Of a DNA stretch of 64,000 nt, positions 28,210 to 37,051 are shown one piece after another (position 1 is the first letter of the stretch; each line of letters begins with the position of its first letter). The stretch is taken from positions 32,001-96,000 of the IMG/VR virus record IMGVR_UViG_3300034200_001185; one strand, 5' to 3'. The position numbers and the translations under genes are program-made. The stretch is from a virus. The notes under the pieces are model-generated. The model did no database searches. It was not told the DNA's origin and was given only the letters and a program-made list of their open reading frames with translations.

Positions 28210-30209
28210 TATGAACCGCCTTGATAGGGTGTAGGTTGTTGCGAATTGCCTGAGTTGGCATATAAGTACCCAGCGCCAAGTAAACCAGCGCCTGCAGCGA
28301 TAGGCATACCGTAACCGCCAAACATGTTATTGTTAGATGCTTGCTGATTCTGCTTTCCGGCAACGGACATATCACGTTGTTGAGCGGTCGCCTGATTTTG
28401 CGTATTGATTGTATTTTGTCTTACTTGATTTTGATTTAACGGAGCTGTTTGCGTTGCTTGGTTAAACTGCTTAAGTTCTGGACCTTTTAAGGTTTGCGCT
28501 TGAGTTTGTATAGCACTGCTTTGAGTAGCTTGTAGCGGTGTAGTAGTTATAGGATTTTGATTGATTGAGGAGAATCTAGGATCGACTGCACCTTGTACGT
28601 TACCTGTGTATTTAAAGGCGATTTGTTGATCGGGTGTTAGTGGTATGTTTTGCAAAGGAGATTGAGTAGGCGCTTTAAAGTTAGCACGTGCTTGAGTTAA
28701 AGCCGCATCCATATTAGCTGCTTGACCGCCTTGTAATAACTGTTGTGCGTTTTGTTGAATCGCTTGCTGGTTTTGTTGCAATAGCTGTTGTTGCGCAAAT
28801 TGCTGTTGTTGCTGAGCTTGTTGAAGAGCGAATTGTTCTTGGTTCATTACTTGTTGTCCAGCTTTATTTGCATTACTTGCATACTGAGAGTACTGCTTAT
28901 TCATCGCATTTTGAGCGTTTTGCATTTCTTGCCCAAAAGCGTATTGCCCCTTACCGTATTGCAAATCTTGCGCTAAGTTTTGTACTTGCTTACCGCCTAC
29001 TTCGCTTCCAAACATACCGCCAGCTTGTCTACCACCACCTATACTATTTCTAACCTGAGATTGTAATTGCGACTGTGCAACAAATTCTTGCGCTGTTCCG
29101 TATGGATTGTTCTTTTGAAACGACTTAAACGCTTGCATCATTTTTGGATCTGCAGTACCGCCTGTTATCGCCTCAGCTTGAGATAATACGTTCTTATCTT
29201 TTAACAGCGAGTTATATTGCTTTTGTAACGCACCTTCCTGAATAGCTTGTTGTTCAACTAACGATCCACCAGTAAGTTTATTGCCGTTGTTATATTGTGC
29301 TGGTGTCGCACCTTTAGCTTTATACGTACCACCTATATTTTTTCCTCCTAGCGTATACTCAGCTTTTGCTCTAAGTTCTGGGGAAGAATTAAATTCCTTG
29401 GATACTTCTGTTGCCCTTTCGTTCATTTTAGCCTTTAAGTCGTCAAACTGTTTTTGCCTACTTGGGTCTATTTGACCGTTAGCTGGTTTATTAGCCTTTA
29501 GCGCTTTATATTCCTCACGAAGTTTCATCATCTGCGGATCCGTGTTTATGGCAGTCCTTTGTACGTCTTTGGCAGTAGTAGTTGTCGCAGCTTGTTGCTT
29601 TGCTGTTGCACGTTCTATTACTGCCTGATCGCCCTTATTTACGGATCCTATAACTTCGTCTGTACGCAATTTTTGTTTTTGTTGTAAGCTTTTAATTTCG
29701 TTTTGAATTTGCTTCGCTTGTTCCGGCGAAGCATCTTGTAATTTTTTACTTAACACCTTTTGCTCTTTACGAAGGGCAAGCAACTGTTCGTCAGAATTAA
29801 TAGCAGCGCGATTTAACGCTTGACCTTCAGATACAGCGCCCTTACCTTTTTGTATGGAGTATGATTTCTTAAATTGATCCTGTACTGTCTTTTCATGCAC
29901 AGCCATATCCTGGCGTATTGCCGCAATTTGTTTGTCTACCTCAACTTTAGCTAATGCCCTATCTTTCGGATGCATAGACTTTAGCGAACTACGTAATTCG
30001 TTGATCTTAGCTTGAGATGCGTCTAAAGCCTGTTTAGCCTCTTTGCCCGCATTGTTAAGACTTGCTCTTGCAAAAGATTTAGCTTCAGATTTTGCTATAT
30101 TACCTCCGGTAGCGCCTACGGCCTTTTGTACGCCGGCTAAGCTAAACGCTCTTTTTTCTAAGTAAGTTACGGCTTTATAAATTCTTGCTAATTTTGTTAA
30201 ACGACTCAT
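28209..30209 (-). CDS. K-x-A tagged Gln-rich coiled-coil protein with C-terminal anchor
   Basis: LTKLA and YLEKRAF; ends PIAAGAGLLGAGYLYANS. Confidence 0.85.
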   Translation of the reverse strand: MSRLTKLARIYKAVTYLEKRAFSLAGVQKAVGATGGNIAKSEAKSFARASLNNAGKEAKQALDASQAKINELRSSLKSMHPKDRALAKVEVDKQIAAIRQDMAVHEKTVQDQFKKSYSIQKGKGAVSEGQALNRAAINSDEQLLALRKEQKVLSKKLQDASPEQAKQIQNEIKSLQQKQKLRTDEVIGSVNKGDQAVIERATAKQQAATTTTAKDVQRTAINTDPQMMKLREEYKALKANKPANGQIDPSRQKQFDDLKAKMNERATEVSKEFNSSPELRAKAEYTLGGKNIGGTYKAKGATPAQYNNGNKLTGGSLVEQQAIQEGALQKQYNSLLKDKNVLSQAEAITGGTADPKMMQAFKSFQKNNPYGTAQEFVAQSQLQSQVRNSIGGGRQAGGMFGSEVGGKQVQNLAQDLQYGKGQYAFGQEMQNAQNAMNKQYSQYASNANKAGQQVMNQEQFALQQAQQQQQFAQQQLLQQNQQAIQQNAQQLLQGGQAANMDAALTQARANFKAPTQSPLQNIPLTPDQQIAFKYTGNVQGAVDPRFSSINQNPITTTPLQATQSSAIQTQAQTLKGPELKQFNQATQTAPLNQNQVRQNTINTQNQATAQQRDMSVAGKQNQQASNNNMFGGYGMPIAAGAGLLGAGYLYANSGNSQQPTPYQGGS

Positions 30210-30254
30210 ATCGTATACCCCTATTTTATGTATACGATGAATATATACTAAAAA

Positions 30255-32315
30255 TTATTTGTTCGCTATAAATTCACAAGCGCCACCTGAACATGCGACA
30301 GACATATTTGAAACGATTTCATCTTCAGCTACTACGTCAAAGTAATCCGCGTCATTCCAATTTAAACGTAATTGATTCCACGTATTAAGCGATTCTTGAA
30401 CTCTTGTTAAATCTCTAGAAGAGTCGAAATCACTTACTGATCTAAACGGTGGTTGGTCGTAGTCATAATCACCGCTTGCGGATATTAACGAAATGCCATT
30501 TAAGAAATTACGGTTTTCCCAAATATACTCTTGAACAATTTCCCATTCGTCATTTCTCACTACACATGTATTTGACACGTTGTGATGCAAAGCCTCCACG
30601 CGTTCTACGCCCACGCCATTTCGTACCCAATTTGTTTGAGTAAGTTTTACGAGTTCTAAAAAGTCCTTCGCACTTAAATCCGACTTTACAAGCGCATCGT
30701 CTCCGACTTCGATTGGAAACATGACGCATTGATCATTTACGCCAGGTGCTGACCAAACACTAGGTACTACTGCGTGTGGGTTTGTTTGTTTAAACGCTTG
30801 TAATACTGGATTAGTTTCGTTTACTTGTACATGTCTTAAATAACGTTTTGAATGTTCGGGATGAATACCAGAGGCACAACCAAGTAAGACAGCTGCGTTA
30901 CCGCTAGGCTTTACGCAAGTAACTCTACTAGCTTGTGGTATATTAAGTAATTTAGCGTAAACTTTATTTGCGTTAACTGCATAATCAGCTGCTTGTTTTT
31001 GCCATTCCGCATTAAACGCAATATCTTTTCGATTTGCCATACCGGTTAAACTTACGCCAATTAAACTTTCTCTCTGTAGAATCTGTTCAGATACAGGGCC
31101 GAGGTAATCGCTTTTAATATATGTTGCTTGGATTGTTCCTAAAAAGGACGCAAGTACTACTGCTGATAGCGCTTGTTCTCTCGTTGTAAACTTAGCGCAG
31201 TTTACCTCGGTTAGATTACAAGCTTGCCAACCGCTATCATATGTATACCCCATACGTTCATACTTACTCTGATTATCAAGTATGTCGAGTGTGTACTTTT
31301 CTACAACGTTTCCAAGTTCATCTCGAATAAGCGTAGGTACCATACCTATTTCACAACACGGATTATATAAGAATTGTTTAGATTCGCTAATCACAAATCC
31401 GGGCTCCCCGAATTCCTTTGTGCTCTTAAATAATTTAAGGTAAGTATCTTTCGATGTGTTTGGTAGAATAACTGCAGATATATTTGCTCTACCGCGTTGT
31501 GGATTATCTACAAACCAATTACCGGTTTTACATGTAGCCATTTCGGTGTCATGCGCATCAAACAACACAATACAAGCTGCGCGTCTTACACCGCCAGCTA
31601 ACACTGCGTTTGAAATATGCATGACAATGTCAAAGCAGTCAATACTACGTAATCTAGTTCTGTTTCTAACAATACAAGTATCGAATAGATTACTAATTCT
31701 CTCAATACACATCTTAAGCGGTTCTGGGCCGGGTGCTAAACCGCCGATACTGATCTGACTACCTTTCTCTCGAATCTTTGAAAAGTCGAAGATTGGGTAT
31801 GTATCTCGTTGATTAAAATAAAAGCTAATAAGAGCGCCTACTGCGTCTGCCCAACCTTCGATTGTATCTTCTACAACGAATGGCTCTACCTTGCACTTTA
31901 TATCGGAACGAATGCTTGGTAGTTTATCAACGTGTACGCTTTGTACGCTAAAGCCAACGCCACATCCGCAAAGCAATAACCAAAAAGCCTCTTGGAAAAA
32001 GCGAATTCTATCGCAGTAACTTGTAGTGCAATTATAAATACGCCATTCTTTTCGAGAAATGCCTTCTCCTCCAAACTGACGCGCACGTTGTGATGATAGT
32101 ATGCGCTTATCAATCTCCGCAGATTTACAGCTATCTAAAACGGATAACAAGTCTTCTAAATCAGATTCACGTAAATTCATTTCAAGTAAACGTTTTTTGT
32201 GCATGTCGTAAATACGTTCACACGCTTCTTCCCAAGTTTCTTTTCGGTTGTCTATATTCTTAGCGTATTGCTGTGCAAAATTAAAATCGGCTAGCGCCTT
32301 TCGGAATTTATCCAT
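30255..32315 (-). CDS. nrdJ: class II (adenosylcobalamin-dependent) ribonucleoside-triphosphate reductase
   Basis: YNPCCEI, ACNLTEVN, TCVKPSG and C-terminal CSGGAC; likely start MDKF after SD GGAG. Confidence 0.9.
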   Translation of the reverse strand: MDKFRKALADFNFAQQYAKNIDNRKETWEEACERIYDMHKKRLLEMNLRESDLEDLLSVLDSCKSAEIDKRILSSQRARQFGGEGISRKEWRIYNCTTSYCDRIRFFQEAFWLLLCGCGVGFSVQSVHVDKLPSIRSDIKCKVEPFVVEDTIEGWADAVGALISFYFNQRDTYPIFDFSKIREKGSQISIGGLAPGPEPLKMCIERISNLFDTCIVRNRTRLRSIDCFDIVMHISNAVLAGGVRRAACIVLFDAHDTEMATCKTGNWFVDNPQRGRANISAVILPNTSKDTYLKLFKSTKEFGEPGFVISESKQFLYNPCCEIGMVPTLIRDELGNVVEKYTLDILDNQSKYERMGYTYDSGWQACNLTEVNCAKFTTREQALSAVVLASFLGTIQATYIKSDYLGPVSEQILQRESLIGVSLTGMANRKDIAFNAEWQKQAADYAVNANKVYAKLLNIPQASRVTCVKPSGNAAVLLGCASGIHPEHSKRYLRHVQVNETNPVLQAFKQTNPHAVVPSVWSAPGVNDQCVMFPIEVGDDALVKSDLSAKDFLELVKLTQTNWVRNGVGVERVEALHHNVSNTCVVRNDEWEIVQEYIWENRNFLNGISLISASGDYDYDQPPFRSVSDFDSSRDLTRVQESLNTWNQLRLNWNDADYFDVVAEDEIVSNMSVACSGGACEFIANK

Positions 32316-32421
32316 CGTAACATCTCCGGTGAGTGAAATGTCTAGCACGATACACTTACTTAATATACTAGTCAAAAAAAAGGCTAAAGAGAAAAGCGGC
32401 GCATCCGCTCAAATCGATGAC

Positions 32422-32637
32422 TTAATCTTTACCGTTACCAGTATCGAGTTTGTCATTAATCTGCTTGAGTGTATAGATGGCGTAACCGCCAGCTGCCGCA
32501 GTCACTACCCCAATACCAACCTTTGTCCAACTGATATCGGGAAAGAAACTTGCATCTTCAGTAGCACCCCTCATACCAGGTAATAGGAAACTTGGTACGC
32601 TTGCGCTGCTTGGCTTGTTGCTGTCATTATTGCTCAT
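32422..32637 (-). CDS. small single-TM protein
   Basis: Start MSNND after SD GGAGG; VGIGVVTAAAGGYAIY helix. Confidence 0.7.
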   Translation of the reverse strand: MSNNDSNKPSSASVPSFLLPGMRGATEDASFFPDISWTKVGIGVVTAAAGGYAIYTLKQINDKLDTGNGKD

Positions 32638-32777
32638 AGGAAACCTCCATTGGTTATTGGCACACGTAATTGTGTGCGAAATATTGCGTATCCGCATGGC
32701 TATGTTTTCTGTCGCTTTTCTCTACTATATTATCACATCATTATCCGTATTTTTGCACACCCCCTCGCTAATACCAA

Positions 32778-33185
32778 TTAACCGTTCCATCTCGCTTTTG
32801 TACCACGAATATCATAATGTACCCAACCGTCAGGTCTATCGTATAATCCAAGTCCGCCTTCTTTTAGCTTACCTTCTTTAATTAGCTTTTCGATTAAAGC
32901 GTTCATTTCTTTTGGCTTCATTCCCGCAATCTTAATGTCCGCTGCTATACCGTACATATGCTGACTATTCGACGCACCATTTACGGCTTTATTACGATCT
33001 GGACTGCGATAACCGCTGATGATAGTAATCGACTTGCCACATGCATCACGAATGACTTGCAAGTTCTTTAAAAGCTCGGAAGCGTTTGCAACTAGGTTAG
33101 GCGGAATTACATCGTAGTATTCCATCTCGGACAAATTAAAGTTAGCGGTAACTTGTACGTTAGTCTTTTGTTCTTTTTTTAGCAT
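32778..33185 (-). CDS. peptidase M15A-family Zn peptidoglycan peptidase (endolysin)
   Basis: ISGYRS..N..V.GA.NSQH..G.AADI and WVHYDIRG. Confidence 0.9.
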   Translation of the reverse strand: MLKKEQKTNVQVTANFNLSEMEYYDVIPPNLVANASELLKNLQVIRDACGKSITIISGYRSPDRNKAVNGASNSQHMYGIAADIKIAGMKPKEMNALIEKLIKEGKLKEGGLGLYDRPDGWVHYDIRGTKARWNG

Positions 33186-33186
33186 G

Positions 33187-33828
33187 TTAATCTCCAGATC
33201 GCTTTTCGCGATCAATTAAGCGTTGTACTACTTCTTTAACATCGTTTGCATCATCACGAAGTTCTTTCATCTCTTTGTACTGTTCTATGATTTCAGCGTG
33301 TAAAGCTTTTGATGACTCTTCGTTCTTAGTTTCTATTTTAGTTTCTAAGCGTTTAATCTCTGAATCAAGTTGCGATATTTTAACCTTACTATCGGAACAG
33401 CACTTGGCTGATTCGGCTTGCTTTTTCTTTTGATATGCTTGTTGTATAATTGCTAGTACTAATGCGGATGACGCAACTAAGCCTGTAAAATCGAATGGTA
33501 GATCTGGCTCTTGTATCGGCTTATTTTCTCTAGTCTGCGTATACATAATCGGTTCTATTTTAAGAGATAGATCAATCGGATTAGGTTCTGCAGAATAAAA
33601 CGATGTATCATCGCTTGGCATACTTGGCGTATTGATTATTTTCTTTTTAATTGGTTCGTCTACCATATCGAATACAAAACGTACATTATCTCCGATAGGA
33701 CAATTAACAAAGTCATCGGTAGTAATGTATATCTTTCGATTTGGTAGATACATTAAAAAGGTACCGTTTACTTCTACAAATCGTATAGATTCGTTTTCAA
33801 TAGTACCGTCTATATTACACTTGTTCAC
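33187..33828 (-). CDS. single-TM coiled-coil protein in lysis cluster
   Basis: TGLVASSALVLAII helix followed by coiled coil. Confidence 0.7.
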   Translation of the reverse strand: MNKCNIDGTIENESIRFVEVNGTFLMYLPNRKIYITTDDFVNCPIGDNVRFVFDMVDEPIKKKIINTPSMPSDDTSFYSAEPNPIDLSLKIEPIMYTQTRENKPIQEPDLPFDFTGLVASSALVLAIIQQAYQKKKQAESAKCCSDSKVKISQLDSEIKRLETKIETKNEESSKALHAEIIEQYKEMKELRDDANDVKEVVQRLIDREKRSGD

Positions 33829-34225
33829 TTTTAATCTCGTGTTTAGCGTGTGCTTTAAGTTCTAATTCAAGTAAGCGTACCTTATCTTCTAAATCACGCT
33901 TTTCAAGATCCGCTACTTGTCTAGCAAGCTCTTCGCTCTTTGCTTGTGTAACTTCGTTCTTACGCTTTAAGAATTTAAGTGCAGCGTCTGCAAACACACC
34001 GCTTAAAAACGCAAGCCCGGCAGCTTTAATAATGAATTGCTCTTCGGTAAAAAAGTAGGCGAGGAATGCTACTACGCCAGAGCATAGATTCATATAAAGC
34101 TGACGCTTAGCTTCCGATAATGCTTTTACGGATAGGCTAAATGTCTCTTCGACAATTTGAGTACCGAATTGTCCTACGGTAGCTGACATAATAATAGCTT
34201 CAATAAGTTTATCGCTGAGTTCCAT
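33815..34225 (-). CDS. putative holin
   Basis: Two to three TM helices, charged C-terminus, next to endolysin. Confidence 0.5.
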   Translation of the reverse strand: MELSDKLIEAIIMSATVGQFGTQIVEETFSLSVKALSEAKRQLYMNLCSGVVAFLAYFFTEEQFIIKAAGLAFLSGVFADAALKFLKRKNEVTQAKSEELARQVADLEKRDLEDKVRLLELELKAHAKHEIKSEQV

Positions 34226-34231
34226 GACTCC

Positions 34232-34681
34232 TCACTTTGCAAGTAAGCGTTGTCTTAATAAATATACGTTTGACTCGTGGTTATTAGCCGAACTCATAAT
34301 AAAGTCGTCCATTCCTAGTGACATCTCGTTTAATGATTTTAAATCAGCGTATGTCTTCTCGAACATCTTCTGTAAGCTTTCCTCAACTACAAGTGCTCGT
34401 CTTAATGGATCGTGTCCAGAATGCTCGTCTGCCCAATGTACATTATCAGATATCATTTCGATCTGATCACAACAGTCTACCGCATCGCTACCATACTTTG
34501 CAACTATCTTCTCAGCAAGCGTATCGATCTCGTCTACAACGCTTTCATAGATACGACTCATCATTTGATGATCTCCGTAAAATGTACTACCTTTAACTTG
34601 CCAATGAGAAGTTTGATGGCAGTGATACGACGCTCTAAGCGCTGCGAGTAAGTGTTGTACAAGTGCTAGTGATTTGTTCAT
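34232..34681 (-). CDS. Dps/ferritin-like protein
   Basis: HQTSHWQVKGSTFYGDH..IYE..DEIDTLAE (Dps HW-x-V-x-G-x-x-F-x-x-x-H, DxxAE). Confidence 0.85.
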   Translation of the reverse strand: MNKSLALVQHLLAALRASYHCHQTSHWQVKGSTFYGDHQMMSRIYESVVDEIDTLAEKIVAKYGSDAVDCCDQIEMISDNVHWADEHSGHDPLRRALVVEESLQKMFEKTYADLKSLNEMSLGMDDFIMSSANNHESNVYLLRQRLLAK

Positions 34682-34754
34682 AGTATGGCCTCGATTATCT
34701 CGTGTAGGATGAATAGTATTACAAGTATAAATGCAAATATCTTTTCTATGCTAG

Positions 34755-35057
34755 TCATTCGGATCTTTTACCTTGTTGTATGAGTAGTTTAATATCGCTT
34801 TTTATTTCGGCTAAATCTTTTTTCATATAATCGAGTGAAACCTTTATTTCTCGTATTTCCTTCTCGTTTTCTTCTGATTTAGTAGACAAGTAATTAGTAC
34901 GTTGTCTTTCTTCTTGTAAGCGTTCTTCAATCGTAATCATCTTGGTAGATATGCTAGTAATCGATGAGTCCATATTTAGTATATAGACGGCTAGTGGTAT
35001 GATCAGAGTCGATAGAATTTTAAACGCTAGTTCTGCTCCGTTATCTGATATTGTCAT
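34755..35057 (-). CDS. N-terminal TM plus coiled-coil protein (holin/XhlA-like)
   Basis: FKILSTLIIPLAVYIL followed by heptad repeats. Confidence 0.6.
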   Translation of the reverse strand: MTISDNGAELAFKILSTLIIPLAVYILNMDSSITSISTKMITIEERLQEERQRTNYLSTKSEENEKEIREIKVSLDYMKKDLAEIKSDIKLLIQQGKRSE

Positions 35058-35118
35058 TTTGTCCTCCGAGTGATATAGTCGAATTATGCTTTATAACACT
35101 ATAACGGAGTATACACAA

Positions 35119-35676
35119 ATGCACAAAGGCGAATTATACAAAAGAGGGCTAAGAAAGTACAACGAAGATGGCATGAATAAGATGGCGTCATTACTCGTTA
35201 CACACCACGAAAATCCAACCGCATCTCAATTTATCATGGAGAAGGCTGCTGGATTTGAAGCGCTTTGGGGCGCAATGAAGAATATGAAGAATGTACCACT
35301 TGGCGAAGGCGCTAAGGCTGTCGGAGCAGAAGCCGGTAATATACTAAAAACAAACCCTATGGCTGCAGGCGGTTTAATCGGTGCAGGCGTAGGCGCAGTG
35401 TCCGCTGGTGAAGGTAATAGATTAAGCGGTGCATTAATGGGCGGTGCTATGGGTACAGCTGCAGGTTACGGTATTAGCAAGATACCGCCAAAAGTAGGCG
35501 TACCACCTGCGGCAGCTGCAAAAGCAGAACAAGCTGCTGCTACTACGGCAGAACAAGCTGCTGCGAAGGCTACTACGACAACTACAGCAGCCGCACCTAC
35601 TCCGGAAGTAGTTAAGGCAGCGTCATTTGTGGCAAGAGAGATTAGACGAAGACAACTCGGTAAATTTATTCAATAG
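35119..35676 (+). CDS. K-x-A tagged Gly-zipper protein
   Basis: MNKMAS, MEKAAG, VVKAAS; GGLIGAGVGA helices. Confidence 0.8.
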   Translation: MHKGELYKRGLRKYNEDGMNKMASLLVTHHENPTASQFIMEKAAGFEALWGAMKNMKNVPLGEGAKAVGAEAGNILKTNPMAAGGLIGAGVGAVSAGEGNRLSGALMGGAMGTAAGYGISKIPPKVGVPPAAAAKAEQAAATTAEQAAAKATTTTTAAAPTPEVVKAASFVAREIRRRQLGKFIQ

Positions 35677-36202
35677 CGTTCCATATCTTACTTATTCGTA
35701 ATTTTATTTTTGGCACAGAATACGCAAACTCTTTTGCTTGACCGCTTATACAATCTGGACTACCTGCGTATGCGCATAACATCCTTTTGGATCCTTCTCC
35801 ACGTTTGTCAGACCAATACTTAATTGCAAATACACCGCGATGAATTAGATCACAAGTAGGCTCGTATCCGTCTGCCTTATGTTCGCTCCATTCACCATTC
35901 TTATTTTCGCACCAATACTTAGTTTTAATTTGCAACGGACCTAAGCAATAACCGTTGTCTGCGTAAGTAAATCTGCTTTCGTGCCATGCGATTGCGAGAG
36001 ATAACTTAAAGTCGATGTTACTTGAAACTGAGCTTTCAATAATTTTAACGCAAATCTGAATGCGTTCATTTCGTTGTTTATCGGATTTCCAAAAAGAATC
36101 ATTTAACATGTTTCCGATAAGGGATTCGCACTTTTCCGAAAGCGGTTTAGCGTGCGATGTGCTACAAAGTAATAATAGCACGAGTAGAATATGCTTTAAC
36201 AT
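35666..36202 (-). CDS. secreted lytic transglycosylase (SLT-like)
   Basis: Signal peptide; LAIAWHESRF catalytic Glu motif; GPLQI. Confidence 0.75.
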   Translation of the reverse strand: MLKHILLVLLLLCSTSHAKPLSEKCESLIGNMLNDSFWKSDKQRNERIQICVKIIESSVSSNIDFKLSLAIAWHESRFTYADNGYCLGPLQIKTKYWCENKNGEWSEHKADGYEPTCDLIHRGVFAIKYWSDKRGEGSKRMLCAYAGSPDCISGQAKEFAYSVPKIKLRISKIWNAIE

Positions 36203-36265
36203 TCTAACTCCTTTCGTTTATAAGTTATCACACTTTCCGGTTTATATTTTGAAAGAGGTAATAAC

Positions 36266-36997
36266 ATGAGTTTAATTAAGACAGCGCTCAGGTATTCAGA
36301 CACGCCCTTTGGTATGTCAGGAAGACCGGCACCGCCACCAGGCATTAACTTTACGGACGCTCCGAGAAAGGGGCAGAAGAACAATCCGGTAAAAAATATG
36401 CAAGTGCCAATTGAAAATAAAAGAGCATTGATGAAACGTAATTCGAGATCGCTAGCGAGAGCTATGCAGAGAGCAGGCGGTATGACAAGCCCAAACGGTA
36501 TGCAATTTAACGCAGTATTACAAGAACGTGGTATGAATCCAACGCTAATGGCTACTCCTAAAACACGTGGACTAGCGCAATCTATGCCAGATGATTTATA
36601 TAAGCAATCCATGTACAACGCCTTTTACGATGAGTTAGAGAAAGTCGCATTTGCAGAAGCGTTTGATGAATCAGCACAGCAAGGTCAAGCGATGCCAGAA
36701 TCAGCAGGTACTTTTAACAGAGCGCTTACTACTGGCGCTTTAGCCGCTGCTGGCCTTGCCGGTTATGGCGGTTATAGGCTTGGTAAAGGCGTAAAGAACA
36801 TGGGTAGCAAAGTTACAAATGCGATTTCTGGTAAACCAACTCCGGTAAAGAAACCGGGATCACCGTGGGTAGCCGGAGTTGCGTTAGGTGGTGCGGGTAC
36901 TTACTTAGCACACGACGCGTGGACAGGAGCAGATCGATATAAAAATCCTGACGTACTTACTGCCGGTTTAAATAATACTGAAAATAAAACGTATTGA
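36266..36997 (+). CDS. K-x-A tagged Gly-zipper protein
   Basis: LIKTAL; internal NAFYDELEKVAF; two Gly-rich helices ending GYRL and GTYLA. Confidence 0.8.
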   Translation: MSLIKTALRYSDTPFGMSGRPAPPPGINFTDAPRKGQKNNPVKNMQVPIENKRALMKRNSRSLARAMQRAGGMTSPNGMQFNAVLQERGMNPTLMATPKTRGLAQSMPDDLYKQSMYNAFYDELEKVAFAEAFDESAQQGQAMPESAGTFNRALTTGALAAAGLAGYGGYRLGKGVKNMGSKVTNAISGKPTPVKKPGSPWVAGVALGGAGTYLAHDAWTGADRYKNPDVLTAGLNNTENKTY

Positions 36998-37021
36998 CAA
37001 ATGATATAACATTGATATAAC
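36994..37021 (+). promoter_or_regulatory. sigma70-type promoter
   Basis: TTGACA-N16-TATAAC with TGn extended -10, upstream of 37052. Confidence 0.6.
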
Positions 37022-37051
37022 TTTGACATCACTTTTTAAATCGGAGAAAAG

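Noticed and set aside
30255-32375. Intein or intron in nrdJ
   Set aside because: ORF is continuous, of normal length, with no intein or homing nuclease motifs
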